Sequence record: OQ718158.1
Direction: 5' to 3' (one strand)
Length of the DNA stretch: 64,000 bases
Source of the DNA: Escherichia phage vB_Ec-M-J
Made by a program: the position numbers and the translations under genes. Below the pieces are notes generated by a model. It worked only from the letters and a program-made list of their open reading frames with translations. It did no database searches and was not told where the DNA came from. The stretch's first letter is position 1; every line of letters starts with the position of its first letter. Below are positions 53,029 through 62,289 of the stretch, piece after piece.

Positions 53029-53602
53029 AGAAATAGAAAGTAAAATTAAGTACTTCAAAGATATTAAAAAACTTTGGGAAAAGTATAAAATTGATTATCA
53101 GTTCCAAGATGATGATACTGTTCAAAACATTGATATTAATATTCGTGTGAAGTTCAAGAATGGTAGTTATGGTGAAGTTAAATTGAATGCTATTGGTGTA
53201 TTCCTTAAAGATTATGATGGTTCTTCACTTGCTCAATTCGATTTCACACCTGATCCTGATGATATGTTACTGAGTGAAATCAATGCATATGACCTTGAGA
53301 TGTTTAGTGGGAAGCCTTTACTATTCCGCTTATCAGATGAATGGGATGAGGTTTACTACACATACAAAGATGGAGTGATTCGAGACGTGAATGATGAAGT
53401 AGTAAATGATATGGAAGAACGTCTATTTCAAGAATCATGTGTGTCATCGGAGTCATATACATATCAATATCTTCTTGACATGTTCGATTTGTATAGTAAA
53501 ATAGATTCAGAAATGAGTACTTTAAGTATTCAATACCTTACAATCAACGACTATGCACAACTTGAAACAGTAGTGAAAGCTCTGGTCAAAGTACTGAAAT
53601 AG
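53018..53602 (+). CDS. F2 paralog
   Basis: track ORF; EERLFQESC. Confidence 0.5.
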   Translation: MNFKEIESKIKYFKDIKKLWEKYKIDYQFQDDDTVQNIDINIRVKFKNGSYGEVKLNAIGVFLKDYDGSSLAQFDFTPDPDDMLLSEINAYDLEMFSGKPLLFRLSDEWDEVYYTYKDGVIRDVNDEVVNDMEERLFQESCVSSESYTYQYLLDMFDLYSKIDSEMSTLSIQYLTINDYAQLETVVKALVKVLK

Positions 53603-53611
53603 GAATGAATT

Positions 53612-54025
53612 ATGAAACTGTATCATGCGAGTACTGTAAAAATTGATAACTTTTATATCCCGTATGGTGGCCTTCATATGGGAGGCAAACACAGTGCTCT
53701 AGAAGCTGCATTACGCAAGCTGAGAAGCCCACTAAACGTCGTTGACGCTGATACAGTATACTTGCATACCTTAGAAGTTGATGTTGATAACGTGCTTCTA
53801 TGGGAAGATTTAGGTAGTGATGATGAGTGGCGTGGGCTGATTGAACATTGTAATTCTAAAGGTTACGATGCTGTTCAGTACACAAATGAATACGAGCCGG
53901 ATAATGTTCCTAGTTATATGATTTGGGATACATCTAAAATTCGTATTATTGAAGTTGATGCGATGCATATGGATGATGCAGAAATGATCATCGAAGATTT
54001 CCTTGATGAATATGAAGGTGTATAA
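53612..54025 (+). CDS. hypothetical acidic protein (137 aa)
   Basis: track ORF; RBS AGGAATGAA; no family motif. Confidence 0.5.
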   Translation: MKLYHASTVKIDNFYIPYGGLHMGGKHSALEAALRKLRSPLNVVDADTVYLHTLEVDVDNVLLWEDLGSDDEWRGLIEHCNSKGYDAVQYTNEYEPDNVPSYMIWDTSKIRIIEVDAMHMDDAEMIIEDFLDEYEGV

Positions 54026-54543
54026 TGATTGAACCTATGACAGTACTAGCACGTACTAAACTATTATTGAAGATTGCTGAGATATTCACTGTTCTTATGT
54101 ACAAAAATAAAGACATAACTGACTTAGGTATTAAGCAACCTTGGTCTGTGTCAAGGTTCTCTGCATTCTACAGATTATCATATAATGGTGAAACTGTTCT
54201 TGATTTTAATCCAAAAGCCAAGTTTATGAATTACGCTGCATTATATGAATGTAATGGTGGATTAACAAATGACTTCACTGAAATAAAAGTACAATCAGAA
54301 TCATTAGAATTTAATGACTTACTATATCCAGAATTTAAGTTAACTGAAGAAATACTTTTCCAGTACTCTCTGATTCTCAAAGATACCAAAAGTCTTGAGT
54401 ACTACAAAGAGTTAGTAGATATTTTTAAGAATACTCGATTTACAAAAGATATTGTGATATTCTGGTATGCAGAGCATGTTACTGAGGAATTGCTTGAAGA
54501 ATTTCTTCTAAATATGACAGCAATCAAGGAGAAGTTATGTTAG
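54025..54543 (+). CDS. F2 paralog
   Basis: track ORF; TEEILFQYSL. Confidence 0.55.
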   Translation: MIEPMTVLARTKLLLKIAEIFTVLMYKNKDITDLGIKQPWSVSRFSAFYRLSYNGETVLDFNPKAKFMNYAALYECNGGLTNDFTEIKVQSESLEFNDLLYPEFKLTEEILFQYSLILKDTKSLEYYKELVDIFKNTRFTKDIVIFWYAEHVTEELLEEFLLNMTAIKEKLC

Positions 54544-55010
54544 ACATTTTAGGAAACATCGATACAGCAAATTATTTTATTCAAGATGCACTGTTCAATA
54601 CAGTACAGAAAGGGTTGGATGTACGATGTAATATCCATCAGGGAGATGGGTATTTTGTTGATATCACTGAAACACGCAAGAACGTGTTCAATTTAAACAT
54701 TACCACATTGACACGTCAGAACATTGCACGTATTTTGGTCAATAAAGATGAAGTAGTTCTTCGTTATAATTCCAAATTCCTGTTCACATACAAGAAGAAG
54801 ACTGACATGTTCAGTACTAATTTGTTTGATGAACCCTTCAATCTGGAAGACTTAGAAGCAACATTCTTTACACAGAATACTATGCTGAAATTCAATGATG
54901 TTGAATTTTCATCAGAAGTAATGTCTGAAACACTACAAATGGTTAAGGTAGTATTCTATGCTTTTCAACAGTTTAACGAAGAACGAAACAAGGTTAACAA
55001 CAACAGATGA
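54537..55010 (+). CDS. F2-like paralog
   Basis: track ORF; variant EATFFTQNT. Confidence 0.45.
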   Translation: MLDILGNIDTANYFIQDALFNTVQKGLDVRCNIHQGDGYFVDITETRKNVFNLNITTLTRQNIARILVNKDEVVLRYNSKFLFTYKKKTDMFSTNLFDEPFNLEDLEATFFTQNTMLKFNDVEFSSEVMSETLQMVKVVFYAFQQFNEERNKVNNNR

Positions 55011-55023
55011 ACTAATCGCGGCG

Positions 55024-55371
55024 ATGGGAGCCAATGAGAAATACTTCAATGGGATTCATTTTTTTAAAACGTATCTTAGTGAAAGTAAAGTACTATATGT
55101 ATACGGTTCCCAGTACTGCATTGTCGCAAAGCACCCAGATTCGATTTCACTAAAATTTAACACTTATTCAAAAAACTTCTTGACGATTAATAAAAGCAAT
55201 GTTACTATGTCTGGTATAGGGAATCAGGTTGTTGAGATTCCTTTGGACTCAATTGATTCTATTGAGTTCTTTCAATACGAGTGCTTAGGTGTTGATTTTG
55301 GTACTGTCAGTACTGAATCTATGCGAACATTAATTAATTTACTTAAAGGTAAAGTTCATGCTTTTAACTAA
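55024..55371 (+). CDS. F2-like paralog
   Basis: first in-frame ATG after upstream stop (track 54958); IEFFQYEC. Confidence 0.45.
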   Translation: MGANEKYFNGIHFFKTYLSESKVLYVYGSQYCIVAKHPDSISLKFNTYSKNFLTINKSNVTMSGIGNQVVEIPLDSIDSIEFFQYECLGVDFGTVSTESMRTLINLLKGKVHAFN

Positions 55372-55858
55372 TTCGATGAAGAATTCATTTAAAATTATCA
55401 AAGAAATACTAAATGGGTCTAAAACTTCTAGTGGGTCTTCCTTTACTAGTGACCAGATCCAACACAGTACAAAGGATTGTACTGTAATCTTTGGGTTACA
55501 TAGTCTGCGTTTGACAATAGTAAATAATATTGATAACACAGCAATTGTAATCACCCCATGTCATATTCAGAATGAAACAGGTGCATACTTACACCACATG
55601 GGGACTGTATTCTACATCTTCAATACTGAAGAAAACATTGTTAAAGAATACAACACACTCAATGTTGATGCAGGTGAGTTATTCCAATTGAGTACTGTCA
55701 ATGATTGTAACTTCAGTGACAATGCAGAAGTACTTCCATTGTTTCTAAGTCTTCTCAATAACATGGAAAAACTAACCACTGCATACAACAAAAGTGACGT
55801 ACCGCAAGCAGTATTGAATATCACCGAAGCAATGGAGAAATACAAAGCTGTGACCTAA
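55358..55858 (+). CDS. F2 paralog
   Basis: track ORF; AGELFQLST. Confidence 0.5.
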   Translation: MLLTNSMKNSFKIIKEILNGSKTSSGSSFTSDQIQHSTKDCTVIFGLHSLRLTIVNNIDNTAIVITPCHIQNETGAYLHHMGTVFYIFNTEENIVKEYNTLNVDAGELFQLSTVNDCNFSDNAEVLPLFLSLLNNMEKLTTAYNKSDVPQAVLNITEAMEKYKAVT

Positions 55859-55900
55859 TATATGTGCACATGGAGTGCCTTTGAAGATCAAGGATAGATC

Positions 55901-56374
55901 ATGGAGATTAAAACTGTTGAGAATGGAAAGATAGATGACATTTTAGAGTTGGACGCATTCAAAGTTCATGATATAATGTTCAATGTAAAGGACATAATTC
56001 AGTGCTTGTTTTTATGCAGTAAAACTATGCACGACTTCTTTCACAATCCAAATACTAATGTTTTCATACTAACAATCAGTACTAGCAATTCGTTTATCAT
56101 GGGTATGCCTATGAGTACAAATGACGAGTACATTGATTGTGTTATTCGTAACAATGATAATATTACCCCACAATCTGAAGTACGTAAGAAAAAGAATACA
56201 TACACTATCAAAGATGATAAAATCATGATGTGTTGTAGTAAAGGGTTTATTTTGGATAATTTTAAAGTGAAAGATAGTTATCATGATTTTAAAGTATCAG
56301 AGACACAAACTAATGTAGTTCTTTACGCAAGTGATATTGAAAGCCTAACAGTTAAAGATCCCGATTTGGAGTAA
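55901..56374 (+). CDS. hypothetical protein (157 aa)
   Basis: track ORF. Confidence 0.5.
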   Translation: MEIKTVENGKIDDILELDAFKVHDIMFNVKDIIQCLFLCSKTMHDFFHNPNTNVFILTISTSNSFIMGMPMSTNDEYIDCVIRNNDNITPQSEVRKKKNTYTIKDDKIMMCCSKGFILDNFKVKDSYHDFKVSETQTNVVLYASDIESLTVKDPDLE

Positions 56375-56376
56375 GT

Positions 56377-56508
56377 ATGGCTAAAAATGTAAACAACTTT
56401 GTACAAAAGCATATGAATGAGTTTAATAAACCTCAAACACATGTGGACCGTAAAAAAGCAATGAAGAATGGTAAAGTAAAACACAAGTCGAGATTTATTC
56501 TCGACTAA
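56377..56508 (+). CDS. small Lys-rich basic protein (43 aa), not in ORF track
   Basis: ATG 2 nt after upstream stop; MAKNVNNFVQKHMNEFNKPQTHVDRKKAMKNGKVKHK. Confidence 0.35.
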   Translation: MAKNVNNFVQKHMNEFNKPQTHVDRKKAMKNGKVKHKSRFILD

Positions 56509-56541
56509 TTTTTTATCCGAAATTTAGGAGATTGTATTACT

Positions 56542-57390
56542 ATGGATACAACAGATTTTCGTAATTTCAAAAAGTATTCAGTACTTGAACATATCAACGA
56601 ATTTCTGAATTCCCCAACACCATTTGGTATCAGTACATCAGATACATACGATGGATATAGAATCTTCCCATGCAATGACTTTCAAATTTCTGTCAAAAAA
56701 GGTACTTCAAAAGAAGTTGCAATTCGTGATGTAGTACTGTATAGCGATTCTTCTATTTCTTACTGTCATGATGTGAACAATTTTGAATCTCTTTCAACAC
56801 CTAATTGTTCATACTACAAATCCAATGACACAATGATGTACAAAGAAGAACACATCAATGGGGTTTCGTTTTATAAAACCGCCAGCGATAAATCATATAC
56901 ATCTAGAGATGATTTTGGAAAATATACATGCACTATGTATACGGATGATGAAAAATCAAATCGTATTCATTCATTCGAATCCAAATTCAAAGAGAGTGAA
57001 GTTTCAAATATCACTATACAAGAAAAGGTTACCGAAGATGGTGTTGTGTATCGTAGTACTGCATTCTTCCGAATGAAAGATATTGCAACTGGTCGCCCAA
57101 TGATGTATAATATTGACATATTCATGAAAGGTGAATCATCGGAAGTGGTGATTAGTACTGGTTATCGTGCCAACTACACATTTACAATGGAATCACCTGA
57201 TGCATCGTTGGTACATCTATTCAACAATTTATATACTTTCCAATTCGAACTTGGTTTCGAAACAAATGAATATCAAATATTTGAGATATTAAAAAGTAAT
57301 ATTATTAATAAATTGGAATATTACTTCAAGTTAGGCGGGAAGATGAACATAGTTAATACTATGTTACGCAACATAAAAGAAACAATGTAA
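56542..57390 (+). CDS. hypothetical protein (282 aa)
   Basis: track ORF; RBS AGGAG. Confidence 0.65.
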   Translation: MDTTDFRNFKKYSVLEHINEFLNSPTPFGISTSDTYDGYRIFPCNDFQISVKKGTSKEVAIRDVVLYSDSSISYCHDVNNFESLSTPNCSYYKSNDTMMYKEEHINGVSFYKTASDKSYTSRDDFGKYTCTMYTDDEKSNRIHSFESKFKESEVSNITIQEKVTEDGVVYRSTAFFRMKDIATGRPMMYNIDIFMKGESSEVVISTGYRANYTFTMESPDASLVHLFNNLYTFQFELGFETNEYQIFEILKSNIINKLEYYFKLGGKMNIVNTMLRNIKETM

Positions 57391-57406
57391 TTATGGAGGA
57401 TTTGGT

Positions 57407-57700
57407 ATGGATACTAAATTCAAACTTATGTTCAAAACAGAGCCGTATATCCCTTATACTGGTGAACGTTTTATTCCACCTGGTGCAGTGGAGATTGAGC
57501 ATCCTGATGGAACAAAATTGTATCTCAGCCCATGTTCGTATGAACGTGCAGTTGAAATGCTAATTATGAATAGTAAACATTGTAGTAATAAGTACATTAG
57601 CTACTTATACAATGAACATATTCTAGAATTTAATGATGAGAATATGTTCATGCTGGCTATTAACGATTTCAATAACTGGCACGAAAGTTTGACTATTTGA
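57407..57700 (+). CDS. hypothetical protein (97 aa)
   Basis: track ORF; RBS GGAGGA. Confidence 0.6.
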   Translation: MDTKFKLMFKTEPYIPYTGERFIPPGAVEIEHPDGTKLYLSPCSYERAVEMLIMNSKHCSNKYISYLYNEHILEFNDENMFMLAINDFNNWHESLTI

Positions 57701-57707
57701 TAAAATA

Positions 57708-57738
57708 TTGTGGACATGACAATTCCTTGTGATATAAT
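57708..57738 (+). promoter_or_regulatory. extended -10 promoter
   Basis: TTGTGG ... TGTGATATAAT (TGn-TATAAT). Confidence 0.45.
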
Positions 57739-57771
57739 GTTCACATCTTTTTTTGATAAATGGAGATATAG

Positions 57772-58158
57772 ATGAATACAAGTTCTGTTCTAAAAGCTAT
57801 TGGTGGTGTACTTCTGATTGAAGTCCAGGGTGAACCTAAGCTATGTTGCTTAGAAGACATGAAGAATACTAAACACTTCAGTACTGGACAGATTTTCAAT
57901 GCTATTCGTGTTCTTAACGACAAATCAGTACAAGACTATGGAAAGGTATGGCCTTCGTATGTAAATCCTGAAGGTGAAATTAGTGCTGATTGGAAAACAA
58001 TTGAAGCAGTACGTGTGAGTTGTGAGAGCGATTGGGATTTCATCGTTGAAGTATGTGACCAACTGCAAGAAGATGTGCCAGAGATTGTCGAACGTAAAGA
58101 AGTTCTAGCACAACTTGATAAATTCCGTCACGGTACTCTACCGTATGACGTAATCTAA
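57772..58158 (+). CDS. hypothetical protein (128 aa)
   Basis: track ORF; RBS TGGAGA. Confidence 0.6.
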   Translation: MNTSSVLKAIGGVLLIEVQGEPKLCCLEDMKNTKHFSTGQIFNAIRVLNDKSVQDYGKVWPSYVNPEGEISADWKTIEAVRVSCESDWDFIVEVCDQLQEDVPEIVERKEVLAQLDKFRHGTLPYDVI

Positions 58159-58209
58159 TCTGATTTATTAAAAACTATCTAACTAACATTATATAAAAAG
58201 GAATTTAAA

Positions 58210-58515
58210 ATGGAAGACAACGGAATGAAATTTGATATGTTTGAAGGTGTACCAGAGTTCGATTTCAATAAACTTGAAAATGGTGAAGAATCAGAACTAG
58301 TAAGTGTTACACTAAAATCAGATACCAAAAAGAAATATTCCCCATCAGTTCGTGCTCGTTCTCAAGAAGAATATGAAACCTTCATTGAGAGTATTCATTA
58401 CGAAACGTTCCATCATGCAGATGGTACTCCGTATGAAGTTCGTGTTACAGTACTGAAGCCTGAAGTAAACCCAATGGAAAATCTACGTCCTGTTTACTGC
58501 TGGGCAAGCCACTAA
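58210..58515 (+). CDS. hypothetical protein (101 aa)
   Basis: track ORF; RBS AAAGGAA. Confidence 0.6.
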   Translation: MEDNGMKFDMFEGVPEFDFNKLENGEESELVSVTLKSDTKKKYSPSVRARSQEEYETFIESIHYETFHHADGTPYEVRVTVLKPEVNPMENLRPVYCWASH

Positions 58516-58524
58516 TAAACCAAA

Positions 58525-58555
58525 GGACGGGATATAATATCTCGTCCTTTTTTTG
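58525..58555 (+). terminator. rho-independent terminator
   Basis: GGACGGGATataatATCTCGTCC then TTTTTTTG. Confidence 0.7.
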
Positions 58556-58566
58556 TCGGGAGATAT

Positions 58567-59415
58567 ATGAAACTTTATCTAATCGTTGACTACAGTAAGG
58601 GTTATTATGACTACGCAGAAGAATCTGAAGGGTATTGCTCGTCTACTAATGTCAATGTACGCACAAGTAATACACATGAGCATGAATCTATTACAAGCCT
58701 AAAAGATTTCATCGCATATCGAGCATTTGAAAAGAATTTCTGTCGTAGTAGATATTCGAAGTTTGAGTACCCGTTAATTGATGTTCCTGATGAATTGATG
58801 TTCCAGTTAATGCTCACTGGAGTACAAGATTATGATTACATCGCGTACAATCACATTACTAAGAAAATTTATATCGGTACGTCAACACATGACATTTCTA
58901 TGTATGCATCATGCCCCGATGATCGAATGAATGATAGAAAATCATACTATAGTGGATCAGTTGGTTCAAATGATTCATTAAATGAAAATTTATTCTTTGA
59001 GTACGAGTTTGATAATCATCGAGGGAATAAAGACCGAGAAGATTATTGTACTGAAATTGATAGTACCAATGGATATGAAGAAGTGAAAGAAGCGTTAATG
59101 CCATATATCCTTGACAAGTACTACAAAGATTTTCAGTACTGTAGTAATTTTCTAATCAGAAATTCTATCATAATAGGTCGTCAAAGTACTGCATTCTCTA
59201 AGTACTACAATGATTCCCCTGTTGCTGAAAATGAAAACTGTAATGTTCTCTCAATCCCACGTGAAGATATGGTATTCATGTTCACATCTTTCATTGAAGA
59301 TGATGAGTTGTATGTAAAAAACAAGCACAGGTTCATGCCAAGTAAGATTGAGGTTATGAGAAGCTTAAGTGCAGATATCTTAACGAATTTCACTGAAAAA
59401 ACAGAATACAACTGA
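58567..59415 (+). CDS. hypothetical protein (282 aa)
   Basis: track ORF; RBS GGGAGA. Confidence 0.65.
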   Translation: MKLYLIVDYSKGYYDYAEESEGYCSSTNVNVRTSNTHEHESITSLKDFIAYRAFEKNFCRSRYSKFEYPLIDVPDELMFQLMLTGVQDYDYIAYNHITKKIYIGTSTHDISMYASCPDDRMNDRKSYYSGSVGSNDSLNENLFFEYEFDNHRGNKDREDYCTEIDSTNGYEEVKEALMPYILDKYYKDFQYCSNFLIRNSIIIGRQSTAFSKYYNDSPVAENENCNVLSIPREDMVFMFTSFIEDDELYVKNKHRFMPSKIEVMRSLSADILTNFTEKTEYN

Positions 59416-59445
59416 GACATACCATAAGTTTATGATATAATGTAA

Positions 59446-59477
59446 GGTGACAGCAGAATATGTTGTCACCTTTTTTT
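59446..59477 (+). terminator. rho-independent terminator
   Basis: GGTGACAgcagaatatgtTGTCACC then TTTTTTT. Confidence 0.7.
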
Positions 59478-59479
59478 AA

Positions 59480-60005
59480 TCCTGAAAGGTTCCATATGGA
59501 AATGATTGAAGCCTAATCCACTCGAAAAGTAGAGGGTAGATGAGTAGTCCTTTCAGTACGAACAGCAAATGAAACCCGTTAGATGATGGCATAGTTTGAA
59601 CCACTCACGGCAATGCGGCTGTATAAAGAACTCCAATAGGATAAAGAGAGTTCCTCGATAGACATATAAGGATCGCACCTTACCAATTATCTAAGGGAGA
59701 TTTCATGAGAAATTTGCGGTCGTAATTTATACAAAATAGTTGCGTCCAAAATTCGTGAAATCAAATACAAGTACTGGTCATATGGTATTTGTATTATGTG
59801 TCGGGATGTTTAAGACCGACGACCGTTGCTACAAGAACCGCGATAGAGAGAAACAGAGCAACCCGCTTTCGCCTCGTAAGAGAATTCGTGATATGAACTA
59901 TGTGAAGGCCACCAGCGTCAAACTTTTTTTGTTCTTTCCCCTGCGGGGGGATGAAATATGCTCAAGCAAACCCCGTCAATATTAATTAAAACAAATCATA
60001 GTACT
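59480..60005. other. ~520-bp GC-richer non-coding island (candidate structured RNA or degraded gene)
   Basis: no RBS-supported ORF; composition differs from flanks; ends with CCCCtgcGGGG hairpin. Confidence 0.3.
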
Positions 60006-60009
60006 TTCG

Positions 60010-60038
60010 TTGAATTAGACATGCGAAGCGTGTATAAT
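60010..60038 (+). promoter_or_regulatory. sigma70-like promoter
   Basis: TTGAAT-17-TATAAT. Confidence 0.5.
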
Positions 60039-60096
60039 TCGACTGGTGTTGATGAAGTCAACGCCATGTACAGTCATTGATGTTTCCATAGGAATA

Positions 60097-60642
60097 ATGA
60101 TGTCATTTATTAAAAAATCTAAAAGCGTCACTTATAAAACACTAGAATTTGTTGATTCAGACAATCAGAACCAAGACCAGGAGAATTTTACTGGTTTTGT
60201 TGTGATTAAAGAAAAGGGATGTATTTCGTACATCAAAGAGTTGCAGTGCGGTTTTGAATTAACTTCCATTAAGTTATTCCCAACCAAGAAGCCTACAATT
60301 CTTAAAGCTCGTTATGGGAACTACTACGAAGAGCGTTATAGTAATAATCTAATCAGTGCGAAAGCACATATCGTCAATGGTGAACTAGAAGGAGAATATA
60401 GAAAATTCAACCCACAAGGAAAATGTGTTTGGGTTAAATACTTCAATTCAGGAAATGATGTAACATCAGAAATTATTGAGTTTTTAGGTTTAACATGTAC
60501 CCTTGAAACTCTTCATGATTACAAATTTAATACTGAAGAAGAGTTTAATCTGATGATGCGTTATGGATCACATTTTAAATTTTTATATGAATACAACATT
60601 GACAGTAGTACTTTTGATGACATAGTACTTAACTGTCTATAA
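60097..60642 (+). CDS. hypothetical protein (start uncertain: 60049, 60097 or 60100)
   Basis: track ORF 60046 (GTG) begins at predicted TSS; RBS-like AGGA before ATGATG. Confidence 0.5.
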   Translation: MMSFIKKSKSVTYKTLEFVDSDNQNQDQENFTGFVVIKEKGCISYIKELQCGFELTSIKLFPTKKPTILKARYGNYYEERYSNNLISAKAHIVNGELEGEYRKFNPQGKCVWVKYFNSGNDVTSEIIEFLGLTCTLETLHDYKFNTEEEFNLMMRYGSHFKFLYEYNIDSSTFDDIVLNCL

Positions 60643-60658
60643 TCAAAGGAAATTATGT

Positions 60659-61183
60659 ATGTCGAAGAAGGATGCTTCGAAGAAAAAACAATCAGTACAT
60701 TTCAGTACTGGAAAAGATAACTGGACTACTCCAAAGGATTTCTTTGAAGATTTGGATGAACTCTGGGAATTTACACTAGATGCAGCGTGTGTCAAAGAAA
60801 CTGCATTGTGTGATAAGTTCTTTACACCAGAAGACAATTCACTTGAACAGGACTGGGGAAACAATATCGTGTGGCTCAACCCACCGTACAGTGATTTGAA
60901 AACGTGGTTATCTAAGGCAGTTGATGCATATAATAACGGGGCAACTGTAGTTATTCTTGTACCCTCAAGAACCGATACAATTGCTTTTCAGGATTATGCT
61001 GCTAAAATATGTGATTGTATTTGTTTTATAAAAGGTCGCTTAAAGTTCGGCATTCCTGAAGAACCAGATAAAAAGACGGACAGTGCACCATTCCCTAGTT
61101 GTTTAATAGTACTTGATAAGTATTTGACTCCAGCTAAAATCAACTATCTTAAATCTCTTGGTCAGGTGATGAAGAACATATGA
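60659..61183 (+). CDS. DNA N6-adenine methyltransferase (phage Dam-like family)
   Basis: WTTPKDFFEDLDELWEFTLDAAC ... IVWLNPPYS: NPPY catalytic motif in the arrangement of small phage Dam-type MTases. Confidence 0.7.
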   Translation: MSKKDASKKKQSVHFSTGKDNWTTPKDFFEDLDELWEFTLDAACVKETALCDKFFTPEDNSLEQDWGNNIVWLNPPYSDLKTWLSKAVDAYNNGATVVILVPSRTDTIAFQDYAAKICDCICFIKGRLKFGIPEEPDKKTDSAPFPSCLIVLDKYLTPAKINYLKSLGQVMKNI

Positions 61184-61713
61184 AAGAAACATGTATATTA
61201 TCATTTATGCGATGTAACCCAATACATCACGGACATGGTTTAGTGTTTGAAAAAGCTCAAGCACTACAAGAACAGTACAATGCGGATTTGAAAATATTCC
61301 TTAGTACCAGTACTGATGCCGTCAAAAACCCATTACCTCCTGAACTGAAAATGTACTATACAGAAGGATTTTACCCATCTGTACAAGAAAATATCTATAC
61401 AGAAGATAATCTGTTTGATATAATGAGAGAACTGGATGGAAAGTACTTAGATGTTCTTTTCATATGTGGTTCAGATAGACTTGAACCATTCCAAAAAACA
61501 CTTGACACGTACAATGGGAAGTTATATAATTTTTGTTCAATCAAGGCAGTTCAAGCTGGAATTGACCGAAATGTAAGTCGCTACAGTTCCACACAGATGC
61601 GTGAGTTTGCCAAGAATGAAGATTTTAATAGCTTCAGTACTTTTCTACCTGGTAATGATGATGCACTGAAAATTAAACTATTTGAAGATGTAATAAAATA
61701 CATGAGGAAATAA
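61180..61713 (+). CDS. HxGH-motif nucleotidyltransferase (NMN/NaMN adenylyltransferase-like)
   Basis: FMRCNPIHHGH near N-terminus and SSTQMR near C-terminus (ISSTxxR-like); ATGA overlap with MTase gene. Confidence 0.55.
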   Translation: MKETCILSFMRCNPIHHGHGLVFEKAQALQEQYNADLKIFLSTSTDAVKNPLPPELKMYYTEGFYPSVQENIYTEDNLFDIMRELDGKYLDVLFICGSDRLEPFQKTLDTYNGKLYNFCSIKAVQAGIDRNVSRYSSTQMREFAKNEDFNSFSTFLPGNDDALKIKLFEDVIKYMRK

Positions 61714-61715
61714 CT

Positions 61716-62009
61716 ATGTCAGTACTGTTTAAAACTAACCCAGTACTTTGGGATCAGAATGAGGATTCGGGTTTCCGTTCAATCCATGTTGAATTCAAAG
61801 GTAATACGGTGGTTGCAATCATTGCAAACAAAACTTTAGGAAACTGGACTGCACAAGTTGTTCCTATGGGATATTCTTATACATCTGATGAAGTTGCGTT
61901 TCTGGCTGAATTATATAGTCAAACACCATTCATCATCAATGTTCTAGAGCGTAGTGATAAGTTAACACATGACGAAGTAATTGACTTCCTGGCGAACTTA
62001 CATGTCTGA
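61716..62009 (+). CDS. hypothetical protein (97 aa)
   Basis: track ORF; start 2 nt after upstream stop. Confidence 0.55.
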   Translation: MSVLFKTNPVLWDQNEDSGFRSIHVEFKGNTVVAIIANKTLGNWTAQVVPMGYSYTSDEVAFLAELYSQTPFIINVLERSDKLTHDEVIDFLANLHV

Positions 62010-62289
62010 TGATTCGAATCTAACAGGTTATTTTTTGCAAGAATCAATGATCAAATTCAGTGAACATTTTCCAGTACTAGATGGTGTGGAGATGTGGCAT
62101 GTAAAACCACTCTTCCACACTTTCAGTAAAGAGCACAAAATGTTATTGACTGAGGCTTGTAAATCGAATAAAATATGCCAAATCAAGATTGGTGTAAATG
62201 TCTACAAAGGATTAGTCATCTTTTTTGACAACAACAGCAACTACTTTTATATTGTTAAGGAGCATTACGTTGACAAATACAAATACTAA
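61981..62289 (+). CDS. hypothetical protein (102 aa)
   Basis: track ORF. Confidence 0.5.
   Translation: MTSWRTYMSDDSNLTGYFLQESMIKFSEHFPVLDGVEMWHVKPLFHTFSKEHKMLLTEACKSNKICQIKIGVNVYKGLVIFFDNNSNYFYIVKEHYVDKYKY

Noticed and set aside
21594-56000. Possibility that the tandem arrays are CRISPR arrays or non-coding satellites
   Set aside because: Repeat units are 200-600 bp open reading frames with conserved protein motifs and ATGA coupling, not 25-50-bp DNA repeats separated by unique spacers.
59740-59985. Track ORF 59740..59985 as a protein-coding gene
   Set aside because: No RBS, atypical GC-rich composition relative to all neighbours, inside a region flanked by terminators; kept only as a candidate non-coding island.
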